From NCBI GenBank assembly GCA_035327385.1, contig DAOLDN010000001.1, forward strand, positions 1-43,985: DNA of 43,985 nucleotides, in the 5' to 3' direction. The notes beneath the pieces were generated by a model. It did not search any database. It was not told where the DNA came from and saw nothing but the letters and a program-made list of their open reading frames with translations. This document shows, in pieces, positions 32,140-41,030 of this stretch; within the stretch, counting starts at the first letter, position 1, and each line of letters opens with the position of its first letter. The position numbers and the translations under genes are program-made. This stretch comes from Verrucomicrobiota bacterium. Lineage in GTDB: Bacteria; Verrucomicrobiota; Verrucomicrobiia; Limisphaerales; JADLHS01.

Positions 32140-33819
32140 ATGGAATGGATTACCCAATTGTCATCGAACCAGCCCGTCGCATGGGCTGTGCTTGTGTTGT
32201 CCGGCGTGGGTGCCATCGGCCTGGCACTGGCCAGCCTGAAAATTCGTGGCGTGGGCATTGGCATCGCGGGCGTGTTGTTCGCCGGGATTGCCGTCGGCCA
32301 CTTCGGAGTCCACATCGAAAAGGAGATTCTGGAGTTCGTCCGGGAGTTTGGATTGATCCTTTTTGTCTTCACCATCGGCCTGCAACTTGGCCCTTCGTTC
32401 TTTGCGTCATTGAGAAAACAGGGTTTGAAATTGAACCTGCTGGCGGCATCGGTCGTTGTGCTCGGTTCCGCCATTGCGATGCTGGGCGCGCATCTGGTGC
32501 TGGGCATAGACATTGCCGCGGCCATCGGATTGTTGTCCGGTGCCACCACCAACACTCCGTCGCTGGGCGCGGCGCAACAGGCGTTGATGACGCTGGGAGA
32601 ATCGGCGTCGGCCCAGGAGGCGCTGCCGGCGGTGGCCTACGCGGTGGCGTATCCGGGTGGCGTCGTTGGCATCATCGGCTCGCTGCTGCTGCTCCGCGCC
32701 GTGTTCAAAGTTGATCCAGAAAAGGAGGCCGAAGCCTTCCGCGCCGAACAACGCAAAGGAATCGAACCCGTCGAGCGAGTCAATTTCGTCGTGGACAATC
32801 CCAATCTCGAAAACCTCGCCATCGAGGACATTCCCGGACGGCGCGAAACGGGAGTTGTCATTTCGCGCATCCGTCGCGCCGGAAAAACCGACGTGGAAAC
32901 GGCCACAGACCAGACCGTTTTGCACCGCGGCGACATCATCCTGGCCGTCGGTTCGCGCAGAAACCTCGACCGCTTCCGCGTCATCGTGGGCCGCGAGAGC
33001 GACGTGGATTTGATGAAAGCGCCCGGCCGCGTGGTCACCCGCAAAATCGTCGTGACTCACAAGGAGGTGCTGGGCAAAACGATTGACGAATTGAACCTGG
33101 ACGAACGGCACGGAGCGACCATCACCCGAGTCACACGCACCGAAATTGAAATGACCGCGCGCCCGGAACTGCCGCTCCAGTTCGGCGACGTGGTGCAGGT
33201 GGTGGGCGAAGAGGCCGCGATTACCGCGGTGACAAAAGAACTCGGCAATTCCGTCCGAGCGCTCAATGAAACCAATTTCGTCCCCATCTTTGTGGGCATC
33301 GCATTGGGCATTCTGGCGGGATCGTTGCCCTTCTATTTTTCCGGAATGCCGGTGCCTGTGAAACTCGGCCTTGCGGGCGGACCGCTGGTCATAGCCATCA
33401 TCCTCAGCCGCATCGGGCGCATCGGCCGGCTGGTCTGGTACATGCCGGCGAACGCCAACACGGCGTTTCGCGAACTGGGCATTGTGCTGTTCCTTGCGTG
33501 CGTGGGATTGAAGGCAGGCGAAAAATTCTTCAGCGTCGTGTTCACGCAACAGGGTTTCATCTGGCTGCTGGCCGGTATTGCAATCACCGTGCTGCCGTTG
33601 GTGGTGGTGGGATTCGTGGCGCGAACGATTCTCAAGATGAATTTCACAGCCATCAGCGGCCTGCTGGCAGGCAGCATGACCGATCCGCCCGCGCTGGCGT
33701 TCGCCAATGCTGTTTCCAAGTCGGACGCACCCGCTGTTGCCTACGCGACGGTCTATCCGTTGACAATGCTGCTGCGAATCGTCATTGCCCAGGTGCTGGT
33801 GCTGATGCTTTTCCGGTAA
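32140..33819 (+). CDS. YidE/YbjL (AAE) family transporter with two RCK-C domains
   Basis: KIRGVGIGIAGVLFAGIAVGHFG..., two TrkA-C-like segments, and a repeated TM half. The start is uncertain (ATGs at 32113, 32125 and 32140). Confidence 0.8.
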   Translation: MEWITQLSSNQPVAWAVLVLSGVGAIGLALASLKIRGVGIGIAGVLFAGIAVGHFGVHIEKEILEFVREFGLILFVFTIGLQLGPSFFASLRKQGLKLNLLAASVVVLGSAIAMLGAHLVLGIDIAAAIGLLSGATTNTPSLGAAQQALMTLGESASAQEALPAVAYAVAYPGGVVGIIGSLLLLRAVFKVDPEKEAEAFRAEQRKGIEPVERVNFVVDNPNLENLAIEDIPGRRETGVVISRIRRAGKTDVETATDQTVLHRGDIILAVGSRRNLDRFRVIVGRESDVDLMKAPGRVVTRKIVVTHKEVLGKTIDELNLDERHGATITRVTRTEIEMTARPELPLQFGDVVQVVGEEAAITAVTKELGNSVRALNETNFVPIFVGIALGILAGSLPFYFSGMPVPVKLGLAGGPLVIAIILSRIGRIGRLVWYMPANANTAFRELGIVLFLACVGLKAGEKFFSVVFTQQGFIWLLAGIAITVLPLVVVGFVARTILKMNFTAISGLLAGSMTDPPALAFANAVSKSDAPAVAYATVYPLTMLLRIVIAQVLVLMLFR

Positions 33820-33878
33820 ATAGAGCGTCGTTGGACCGTATTGAAATGTTGTACCCGTGTGTGGATGGTTCGTTGCGT

Positions 33879-34036
33879 TCTCCCTCACCCTGACCCTCTC
33901 CCGCTGGGAGAGGGAAAAGTCATTGGGCGTTTTTTGCTTTTGCCAACGATTGACTAGCCAATACCGTCGCAGGTTCGCGGCAGAGGCGGCGTTTGATTCT
34001 CCCTCTCCCAGTGGGAGAGGGCCGGGGTGAGGGTGA
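33879..34036. repeat. inverted pair of family E hairpin repeats
   Basis: TTCTCCCTCACCCTGACCCTCTCCCGCTGGGAGAGGG (33879-33914) and CTCCCTCTCCCAGTGGGAGAGGGCCGGGGTGAGGGTGA (33999-34036) flank 84 nt. Confidence 0.8.
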
Positions 34037-34151
34037 TCTAGCGCAATGTCATGCCGGTCACGCCTTATCCCAGGCGGTTTTAAGCAGAGGGGCGTTGCAT
34101 TACAAATTGGATTGCGAGACGCGCACGCGTTGGCAATCTCTACACGATTTC

Positions 34152-35492
34152 ATGAAGCAACAATTCAAAGTCATCGAAGGTTCAATCACGGCGCCGCAAG
34201 GCTTCCTCGCCAGCGGAGTGTTTTGCGACATCAAACGCCTGGGCACGGGCAAAGGGTCGCAGAAAGGAAAGAAACGCGACCTCGCACTCATCGTTTCCGA
34301 AGTGCCGGCGACCGTCGCGGGCATGTTCACGACCAATCAGGTCTGTGCCGCGCCTGTGAAAGTGTGTGCTGAACGCGTGAAGAAAGGCGTGGCGCAGGCG
34401 ATTGTCGTGAACTCCGGCAATGCCAACGCCTGCACCGGCCGACAGGGCATGAAGGACGCACGCGAAATGACGGCGCAGGTCGCGAAGATTTTTCACATGC
34501 CGGAACAACATGTTCTGGTCGGCAGCACAGGACGCATCGGAGTGACGATGCCGATGGACAATGTGAGATCGGGCATCCGCCACGCCGCGCAGTTACTGGG
34601 CAACGATGCCGCTCATGCCACCGAAACCGCTGAAGCCATCATGACCAGCGATTCGCGCCAGAAACAGATTGCCGTTGAATTCAAATTGGGTGGCAAAACG
34701 GTGCGCATTGGCGGCATTTGCAAGGGCGCAGGAATGATCCAACCGGGAATGTCCGCCACCGGCGCACGACCGGCTGCGTTGCCGCACGGTGGATTGCACG
34801 CGACGATGCTGGGTTTTATCACCACGGACGCCGCGATTGAGGCAAAAGCGTTGCAGGCCGCGTTGCAGGAAGCCGTGGCGAACAGTTTCAACCGCATCAC
34901 CGTGGATGGCGACATGAGCACGAACGACACGGTGCTGGTGCTGGCGAATGGGCTGGCGGGGAATGAAAACATCCAACATCCAACATCCAACATCCAACAC
35001 CGAACGTTTCAGGCTGCGCTCACGTATGTCTGTCTGGAACTGGCGAAGATGATTGTACGCGATGGCGAAGGCGTGCATCGCGTGGTGACTGTGCGCGTGA
35101 ACGGCGCAAAGACGATTCAAGATGCCGATGCCGCCGCGCGTGCGGTGGCGAACAGCGCGCTAGTAAAAACAAGCTGGCACGGCGGCGACCCGAACTGGGG
35201 GCGCATCATTGACGCCATCGGTTATTCTCCGGCAACTGTCGTGGAGGAGAAGATTGACATCGGCTATTCCGCGCCCGGCAGCCGGAAGGTTCTATGGAGC
35301 TTGAAACGCGGCCAGCCGACGAAGGCGACGTTCAAGCAACTGTGTCTCGCCGTTGCTCCCAAGGAATTCGAACTGCGCATCAACCTTAACCTCGGCAAGG
35401 CCGCCGCCGTCATGTATGCAGCAGATTTGACCGAGGAATACGTGGACTTTAACAAAGGCGACGTGACTGATCCGACGACACTGGGAGGCTGA
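34152..35492 (+). CDS. argJ: bifunctional ornithine acetyltransferase / N-acetylglutamate synthase
   Basis: Start trimmed to MKQQFKVIEGSITAPQGFLASG. Matching stretches are the autoprocessing site HATMLGFITTDA, NRITVDGDMSTNDT and IVRDGEG. Confidence 0.9.
   Translation: MKQQFKVIEGSITAPQGFLASGVFCDIKRLGTGKGSQKGKKRDLALIVSEVPATVAGMFTTNQVCAAPVKVCAERVKKGVAQAIVVNSGNANACTGRQGMKDAREMTAQVAKIFHMPEQHVLVGSTGRIGVTMPMDNVRSGIRHAAQLLGNDAAHATETAEAIMTSDSRQKQIAVEFKLGGKTVRIGGICKGAGMIQPGMSATGARPAALPHGGLHATMLGFITTDAAIEAKALQAALQEAVANSFNRITVDGDMSTNDTVLVLANGLAGNENIQHPTSNIQHRTFQAALTYVCLELAKMIVRDGEGVHRVVTVRVNGAKTIQDADAAARAVANSALVKTSWHGGDPNWGRIIDAIGYSPATVVEEKIDIGYSAPGSRKVLWSLKRGQPTKATFKQLCLAVAPKEFELRINLNLGKAAAVMYAADLTEEYVDFNKGDVTDPTTLGG
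34970..34997 (+). repeat. (CATCCAA)x4 heptamer array inside argJ
   Basis: Four perfect tandem heptamers, translated in frame as NIQHPTSNIQH. The heptamer is the same one as in the left arms of family A. Confidence 0.9.
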
Positions 35493-35627
35493 TTTGTTAG
35501 CCACGGATTCACCATGTGGAACACGGATGAGGTTCAAACTGGACATGCTTATTTGAAAGGCGCAGGCTCGACCCCATAGAACAAGACAGGCTGTAAAATT
35601 GTAACCTAGTATCTGTTCGGCAAACCG

Positions 35628-36203
35628 ATGAACCTTTTCCTGCCAAAGCCACTTAGGGAAGCTCTTGAAAAGGGAGTTGGGTTTTTTATGGGCGAGGATT
35701 GCGAATGGAAATTCGAGCAAAAGGAATCGGCAGAGTTCATAGAGAAGATTGTGGGATGTCCTGTGTACGCCTTCGCCAACAATGGGTTTGGTGATTATTT
35801 GTTCCTGAAAAAGAGGCCGGACGGGGATGGATTTGGAGAGGATGTTTTTGAATTCTTTCACGAGGGACCGGAAATCAAGCGGATTACTGAAAATTTGGAG
35901 ACGCTGCTCGGATTGAAGGATCGCCCCGCGTCGGTAGATGTCTATCCAAAAGCCATCTACGAAACAGGAGAGTTGGTCCAGGTAGGAGATCGTGTTCAGG
36001 TCAAAGTGTGGGCAGAGTTTTGGAAGGGCTGGCAGGACGGACAGGTCGATTATGTCCCCGGAATCTCCAAGAAAAAGCTCAAGCACGAATACAACGGATT
36101 GAAGTGGGTTGCGATTAGATTCCGAAACGGGGAGATTTGCCCAGTGGTAGACCCCAAAAGCGGAAAACTTAGAAAGGTCAGATTTGTTGCACGGCACAGC
36201 TAG
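35628..36203 (+). CDS. hypothetical protein, N-terminal SMI1/KNR4 (SUKH)-like
   Basis: 191 aa with lower GC. YAFANNGFGDYLFLKKRPDG resembles SUKH immunity-protein motifs. It is flanked by family B arms (35494-35530 and 36279-36316). Confidence 0.45.
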   Translation: MNLFLPKPLREALEKGVGFFMGEDCEWKFEQKESAEFIEKIVGCPVYAFANNGFGDYLFLKKRPDGDGFGEDVFEFFHEGPEIKRITENLETLLGLKDRPASVDVYPKAIYETGELVQVGDRVQVKVWAEFWKGWQDGQVDYVPGISKKKLKHEYNGLKWVAIRFRNGEICPVVDPKSGKLRKVRFVARHS

Positions 36204-36328
36204 ACTGCAACCATCGCCGCCCGATCAGCCCGCGTTCTTAATTGTTCCCCCATTGCCCGCACAGTTCGTCCGCAATCAGAAGATCTGTGTTTTATCTATG
36301 TTCGTCTGCGGCTAACTTTTGGCACAAC

Positions 36329-36451
36329 GTGCATACCCTCATTGCCAAAGCCGCGACGTTGCTGGAAGCCTTGCCTTACTTTCAGCGTTTCCGCAACCAG
36401 AAGTTCGTCGTCAAATATGGTGGCTCGTTCATGGACTCGCCCGATGCTTGA
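36329..36451 (+). pseudogene. argB: relic of an argB 5' end (40 codons)
   Basis: [40 protein letters not shown] versus the intact ArgB N-terminus [40 protein letters not shown] at 41349. By my count about 94/120 nt are identical. Confidence 0.8.
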
Positions 36452-36453
36452 CT

Positions 36454-36468
36454 TCTATTGGCAATAGA
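36454..36468 (+). promoter_or_regulatory. palindromic candidate operator upstream of parDE
   Basis: TCTATTG-G-CAATAGA is a perfect 7-bp inverted repeat immediately after a TTGACT hexamer (36448-36453), 17 nt upstream of the parD ATG. Confidence 0.4.
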
Positions 36469-36484
36469 TGGAAATTCGCCCCGC

Positions 36485-36751
36485 ATGAGCCACGCGCTGA
36501 CACCCTACTACAAGCAGATCATCCGTCGGCAGATCGCCACCGGACGCTTCAATAATGAGAGCGAGGTTATCCGTCATTCACTGCGGCTGGCTGATTCGTT
36601 GGAGCGGGCCTCAGGACCATTGGGCCGCGCTTTCGCCGGACGCGAGGAGCTTGAGGAATTACTGCTGGAAGGGCTGGCGAGTGGCGACGGCAAACGGATG
36701 ACTCCAGCCCGGAAAAAGCAAATTTACAAGCTGGCGCTGGAGGAATCGTGA
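36485..36751 (+). CDS. parD: ParD-family antitoxin
   Basis: Start trimmed to MSHALTPYYKQIIRRQIATGRFNNESEVIRHSLRL, the ribbon-helix-helix ParD pattern. Confidence 0.8.
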   Translation: MSHALTPYYKQIIRRQIATGRFNNESEVIRHSLRLADSLERASGPLGRAFAGREELEELLLEGLASGDGKRMTPARKKQIYKLALEES

Positions 36752-37071
36752 GCGGCTATCATGCGCTGCCCAAGGCGGATGAGGATTTGATCGAGGGCGC
36801 ACGATGGATTCGCGCGGATAATCCGCAGGCCGCACGTCGGTTTCTGGGTGCGGCATTCGAGGCGTTTGACCGGCTGGCGGAATTTCCTGAGTCCGGCCCC
36901 ATGGCGCGGCTGAAAAACCGGCGACTGGCAAATATTCGTTTTTGCGTTTTGCCGCCTCCGTTTAACCGGTGGGTGATTTTTTATCGCATCATCGGTGGCG
37001 AGGTTGAAATCAATCGCCTGATTTACGGCACGCAAAACTGGCGCGGCAAACCAGGTTCATTTTTTATCTGA
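36748..37071 (+). CDS. parE: ParE/RelE-family toxin
   Basis: GTGA overlap with parD. A..DL......I....P.AA.RF...F.....L.EFPE.G.......R....PP....IFYRI....VEI.R.I.G. Confidence 0.8.
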   Translation: MSGYHALPKADEDLIEGARWIRADNPQAARRFLGAAFEAFDRLAEFPESGPMARLKNRRLANIRFCVLPPPFNRWVIFYRIIGGEVEINRLIYGTQNWRGKPGSFFI

Positions 37072-37191
37072 AGGGCTGTTGGCTGCAAGGCGATGGCGCG
37101 GTTGCGTGTTGCAGTGACGAACTGACTGAGAAGCGAAAAGATTTCAACAAAACTGCGGCGTCCGACATTATTCGGCAGTCAGCTAAATCAT

Positions 37192-38106
37192 ATGACTACT
37201 ATCACACGAGCCATCCTGGGTGGCGTTACCACAGTCGTTCTGATGACAGCACAAATCATGGCCGCTGAAACGAACGGTGTCATCGCGCCCGGTGCGAAAC
37301 TGGAGAAACTGGCGGGTGATTTCAAGTTCACCGAAGGTCCGACGTGCGACAAGGACGGCAACGTTTTCTTCACCGATCAGCCGAACAATCGGATCATGAA
37401 ATGGAGCGTGGACGGCAAGCTTTCCACGTTCCTCGAACCCGCCGGGCGCGCCAACGGAATGTTCTTTGATACGCAGGGCAATCTCATTGCCTGTGCCGAC
37501 GAAAAGACGGAGTTGTGGTCCATCACACCCGACGGGAAGCACACGGTGCTGGCGAAGGAATACGAGGGCAAGGCTCTCAACGGTCCGAACGATGTCTGGG
37601 TGCGGGCCGACGGCAGCCTGTTTTTCACTGATCCGTTCTACAAACGTCCGTGGTGGGATTACAACGATCCGCCACAGGGAACGCAGCAGGTGTATTTCCT
37701 GAGCGCCGACCGCAAAACGCTCAAGCGTGTGACCACCGATCTGGAGCAACCCAACGGCATCATCGGCACGCCGGACGGCAAAACATTGTTCGTTGCGGAC
37801 ATCAAGGCGAAGAAAACTTATGCCTACGACATCCAGCCCGACGGCGCGCTGGCGAACAAACGTCTCTTTTGTGAACTGGGTTCGGACGGCATGACATTGG
37901 ACACTGAAGGCAATCTCTATCTCACAGGCCGTGGAGTGTCGGTGTTCGACAAGACTGGAAAGAAGATCGGACAAATTGACGTGCCGGAAGGCTGGACGGC
38001 GAATGTCAGTTTCGGCGGTGCGGACCGTCGCACGCTGTTCATCACAGCGAGCAAGGGGCTATATTCCATCCGCACGAAATTCCCCGGCGCAAACGCCACC
38101 AAGTAA
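37192..38106 (+). CDS. SMP-30/gluconolactonase/LRE-family protein (secreted)
   Basis: Signal peptide. Matching stretches are FTEGPTCDKDGNVFFTDQPNNRI, NGPNDVWV, PNGIIGTPDGKTLFVAD and PEGWTANVSFGG. Confidence 0.85.
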   Translation: MTTITRAILGGVTTVVLMTAQIMAAETNGVIAPGAKLEKLAGDFKFTEGPTCDKDGNVFFTDQPNNRIMKWSVDGKLSTFLEPAGRANGMFFDTQGNLIACADEKTELWSITPDGKHTVLAKEYEGKALNGPNDVWVRADGSLFFTDPFYKRPWWDYNDPPQGTQQVYFLSADRKTLKRVTTDLEQPNGIIGTPDGKTLFVADIKAKKTYAYDIQPDGALANKRLFCELGSDGMTLDTEGNLYLTGRGVSVFDKTGKKIGQIDVPEGWTANVSFGGADRRTLFITASKGLYSIRTKFPGANATK

Positions 38107-38151
38107 TCCCACAAATATGGCGGCGCTCCGCAGGCACGCCGCCACGACGGT

Positions 38152-39576
38152 TCACAGGTTGTAGAATTGCTCCCAATCCTTGCGGGGCGGCGCGTCGGAG
38201 AGCAGTTCGTTGGCGGCCTTGTGATTGGTGATTTGTCTGGTCTCCCGGTCGAACAGCACTTTTGCGTTCACGCGCTGGGCGATGATGCCGATGGCCATCG
38301 CCTGGCACAACGGGCCGGCGACCGAGAACGGCGACCGGCATTTTTCCTCGCCCTTGCAGGCTTTCAAAAAGTTCGCAAAGTGATTGGACGGACTTTTCGG
38401 AACGGCAGGCAGTCTGGATTCCATGTCCTTCGCCTTGGATTCAGGAATGATCTTCAGCGTGGTGGCGTGCGAGCCGCCCTTGAAAACGAGGTCTTCGCCG
38501 TAAATGACTTTTCCCGGCGGATATTTCTTGGTGTCCAGTTTGCCGGTGCTTGGCGGCGGGATGTTGCCATCCACGACGGCGTCGCCAAATGCTTCAGGCA
38601 ACGGCGCGAGGTTGTTTTGTCCGTCATACCAGGTGAGTTCCACGGGCGGCATCGAGCCGCGTTGGGGGAATTTGAATGCCAGCGTGGAGGCTTGCGGAAA
38701 AATATAAGGGCTGTAGCCCTCAATGAGAACGGGATCAACCTCGGTGGGCAGGCCGAGGTCGAGGAATTCGTGGGCCGTGTCGAAGATGTGCGCGCCCCAG
38801 TCGCCGAGCGCTCCGTTGCCGTAGTCGTACCACGAGCGCCATTCTCCGTTGATGTAACCCTTGTTGTAGGGATGGAACGCGCCGGTGGCGACCCAGCAAT
38901 CCCAGTCGAGCGTTTCAGGCAGCGGCTCTTGCGGGAGGAAACCGGTGACTGTCATCCCGTGCCAGCGGCGCGGGTTATTCATGAAGGCAGTGATGCGCGT
39001 CACGTTCTTGATGACGCCGGCCTCGACCCATGTTTTGAACTGGAAATAGTTCGCCTCAGAATGGCCCTGGTTGCCCATCTGGCAGGCGACCTTGTATTTC
39101 TTCTCGGCCTGCATCAGCAGTTCGATCTGGCGGAAGGAATGTGCCATGGGTTTCTCGACATAGACGTGTTTGCCGAGTGACATGGCGAGAATGGTGATGG
39201 GGAAATGGGAAAAATCCGGCGTGCCCACGCACACGGCGTCAATCTGGTTTCCCAGCTTGTCGAACATCTTCCGGAAATCCTGGAATCGGGGAACATCGGG
39301 ATAGTCCTTGAGGATGCCGAGCGTTTGTTTGGCTCCCATGTCCACGTCGCAGAGGGCGACGATGTTGGCGAGGCCGGTTTTTTGGAAGTCCCGGATGATC
39401 TCCGCCCCTCGATTGCCGATGCCGCAGCAGGCGAGATTGACCTTGCCCGTTGATTCCGCGCCAAACGAGAAGCGCGGCAGGAACGCGGCGGAAGCTCCGG
39501 CGGCCAGCACGCCTTTGAGAAACGCGCGACGGTGCATGGGATTGGTGAACGAGTCGGTGCGGTTTTGGTGTTTCAT
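38152..39576 (-). CDS. Gfo/Idh/MocA-family oxidoreductase with TAT signal
   Basis: Start trimmed to MKHQNRTDSFTNPMHRRAFLKGVLAAGASAAF, with SD GGAGA 7 nt upstream. Also CCGIGNRG Rossmann and EKP. Confidence 0.9.
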   Translation of the reverse strand: MKHQNRTDSFTNPMHRRAFLKGVLAAGASAAFLPRFSFGAESTGKVNLACCGIGNRGAEIIRDFQKTGLANIVALCDVDMGAKQTLGILKDYPDVPRFQDFRKMFDKLGNQIDAVCVGTPDFSHFPITILAMSLGKHVYVEKPMAHSFRQIELLMQAEKKYKVACQMGNQGHSEANYFQFKTWVEAGVIKNVTRITAFMNNPRRWHGMTVTGFLPQEPLPETLDWDCWVATGAFHPYNKGYINGEWRSWYDYGNGALGDWGAHIFDTAHEFLDLGLPTEVDPVLIEGYSPYIFPQASTLAFKFPQRGSMPPVELTWYDGQNNLAPLPEAFGDAVVDGNIPPPSTGKLDTKKYPPGKVIYGEDLVFKGGSHATTLKIIPESKAKDMESRLPAVPKSPSNHFANFLKACKGEEKCRSPFSVAGPLCQAMAIGIIAQRVNAKVLFDRETRQITNHKAANELLSDAPPRKDWEQFYNL

Positions 39577-39599
39577 GAGATGTTCTCCGATATGGCAGT

Positions 39600-41030
39600 T
39601 CAAGGATTGGGAGGCACGCGCAGTTTGACGTTACGGAACGAAACCTCGTCGCCGTGGTCCTGCAACAGGATGTGTCCGTCCGGCCATTCGCCGAAGCCGG
39701 GGATGCTGTGATACTTGCTCCGGGCGACGAATTCGCGGAACGCTGGTGTGCCACGGTCGTATTCCAAAATCTTTTGGCCGTTGAGCCAGTGTTCGATGTG
39801 ATTGCCCTGGACAAGGATGCGCGCTGTGTTCCATTCGCCGATGGGATTTGGTTTTTTGTCCGGGGCGGCGGTGATGAGGTCATACAGCGAACCAAGGGTG
39901 CGATTGCCGTCGCGGCCCTGTTTGGCGTCGGGGTGACGTTTATCGTCGAGGATCTGGTATTCCAGTCCGATGGCCGAGCCGGTTGTGGTCTTTGCTCCTG
40001 TGCCGGTGATGGGATCGAGGTTCGGCTGGCAGAAATACTTGATGCCGCTGTTGGCACCGGGTGTGATTTTGAAGTCCAGAACGAGTTCAAAGCTGGAGAA
40101 ACGTTCGCGGGTGACGATGTCTCCGCCCGCTGTGGATTCTCCTCCGCCGCTGGCCAGAACGGTGAGCGCACCGTCGCGGATGACCCATCCGTGCGACGGA
40201 AATTTTTCCAGTTTGGCGCCGCGCCAGCCGTCTGTGGTATGGCCATCCCACAACAAACGCCAGCCGTCGGATTTCTCAGATTCGGTCAGTGTGTTTAGGC
40301 CCGTTGCCGCGTCGGGCAATTCAATGATCTTCAAATTCCGCCAGCGCACTTGAGTGCCGTCTTTTGGTTTCTCGTTGCCGATGCTGTGGACCTGCAACGC
40401 GATGAAGCCGCGTGGTGTCACATCGTCCTTTATGTCCGCGCAACGTGTGCCGTTGAGCCAGGTTTTGATCGAATCACCTTTTGCCTCGACGCGAACCTGA
40501 TTCCAGTCGTCGGGTTTGAAGATTTTCATGCCCTGTTCGCTGAATGTTTTTGCCTCCGGGCTTTTGTCGCCACCTGATGGAAAGAGCCAGCCGCGCCGCG
40601 ATTCGTCGTAAATGCCGCCGGTCCACATGCGCTTGCGCGCCACGTCCGGGTCAATCTCGACCTGGTAGCCATGCACGCGGCCCGCAGGGATGGTGATCGT
40701 CTTTCCGTTCCAATCAAAGTTGGTGGCCGTGTCAAAACACTCGCTGCGAATCTGCACGCCGGAGTTCAGTTTTGGGTCCACCTTGAATTCGTATTCGAGG
40801 ATGAAATCACCGAAAGTCTGTTCGGTGCAGAGAAAACTGTTCGGTGTGTTCATCACGGACGTGCCCACGATTTCGTTGCCTTCAACCGCGTAAAGCGCCT
40901 TGCCTCCGCGTTGCACCCAGCCGGAAAGGTCCTTGCCATTGAACAGTTCACGACCGCCATCGGCTGCGAACGACGTCGCGATGCCGAACAGGAGGACGGT
41001 GACGGCGTGCGGAAAAGATTTGAGGCTCAT
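39600..41030 (-). CDS. tandem DUF1080 (3-keto-disaccharide hydrolase-like) protein, secreted
   Basis: Signal peptide, then two copies of the LFNGKDLSGW ... NSG.Q.R....E.QILD ... F.N...R pattern. Confidence 0.85.
   Translation of the reverse strand: MSLKSFPHAVTVLLFGIATSFAADGGRELFNGKDLSGWVQRGGKALYAVEGNEIVGTSVMNTPNSFLCTEQTFGDFILEYEFKVDPKLNSGVQIRSECFDTATNFDWNGKTITIPAGRVHGYQVEIDPDVARKRMWTGGIYDESRRGWLFPSGGDKSPEAKTFSEQGMKIFKPDDWNQVRVEAKGDSIKTWLNGTRCADIKDDVTPRGFIALQVHSIGNEKPKDGTQVRWRNLKIIELPDAATGLNTLTESEKSDGWRLLWDGHTTDGWRGAKLEKFPSHGWVIRDGALTVLASGGGESTAGGDIVTRERFSSFELVLDFKITPGANSGIKYFCQPNLDPITGTGAKTTTGSAIGLEYQILDDKRHPDAKQGRDGNRTLGSLYDLITAAPDKKPNPIGEWNTARILVQGNHIEHWLNGQKILEYDRGTPAFREFVARSKYHSIPGFGEWPDGHILLQDHGDEVSFRNVKLRVPPNP

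Noticed and set aside
38119-38143. Hairpin GGCGGCG-N11-CGCCGCC between the convergent gluconolactonase and oxidoreductase genes, as a bidirectional terminator.
   Set aside because: It has only a 7-bp stem, an 11-nt loop and no flanking T/A runs. That is insufficient to call an intrinsic terminator.
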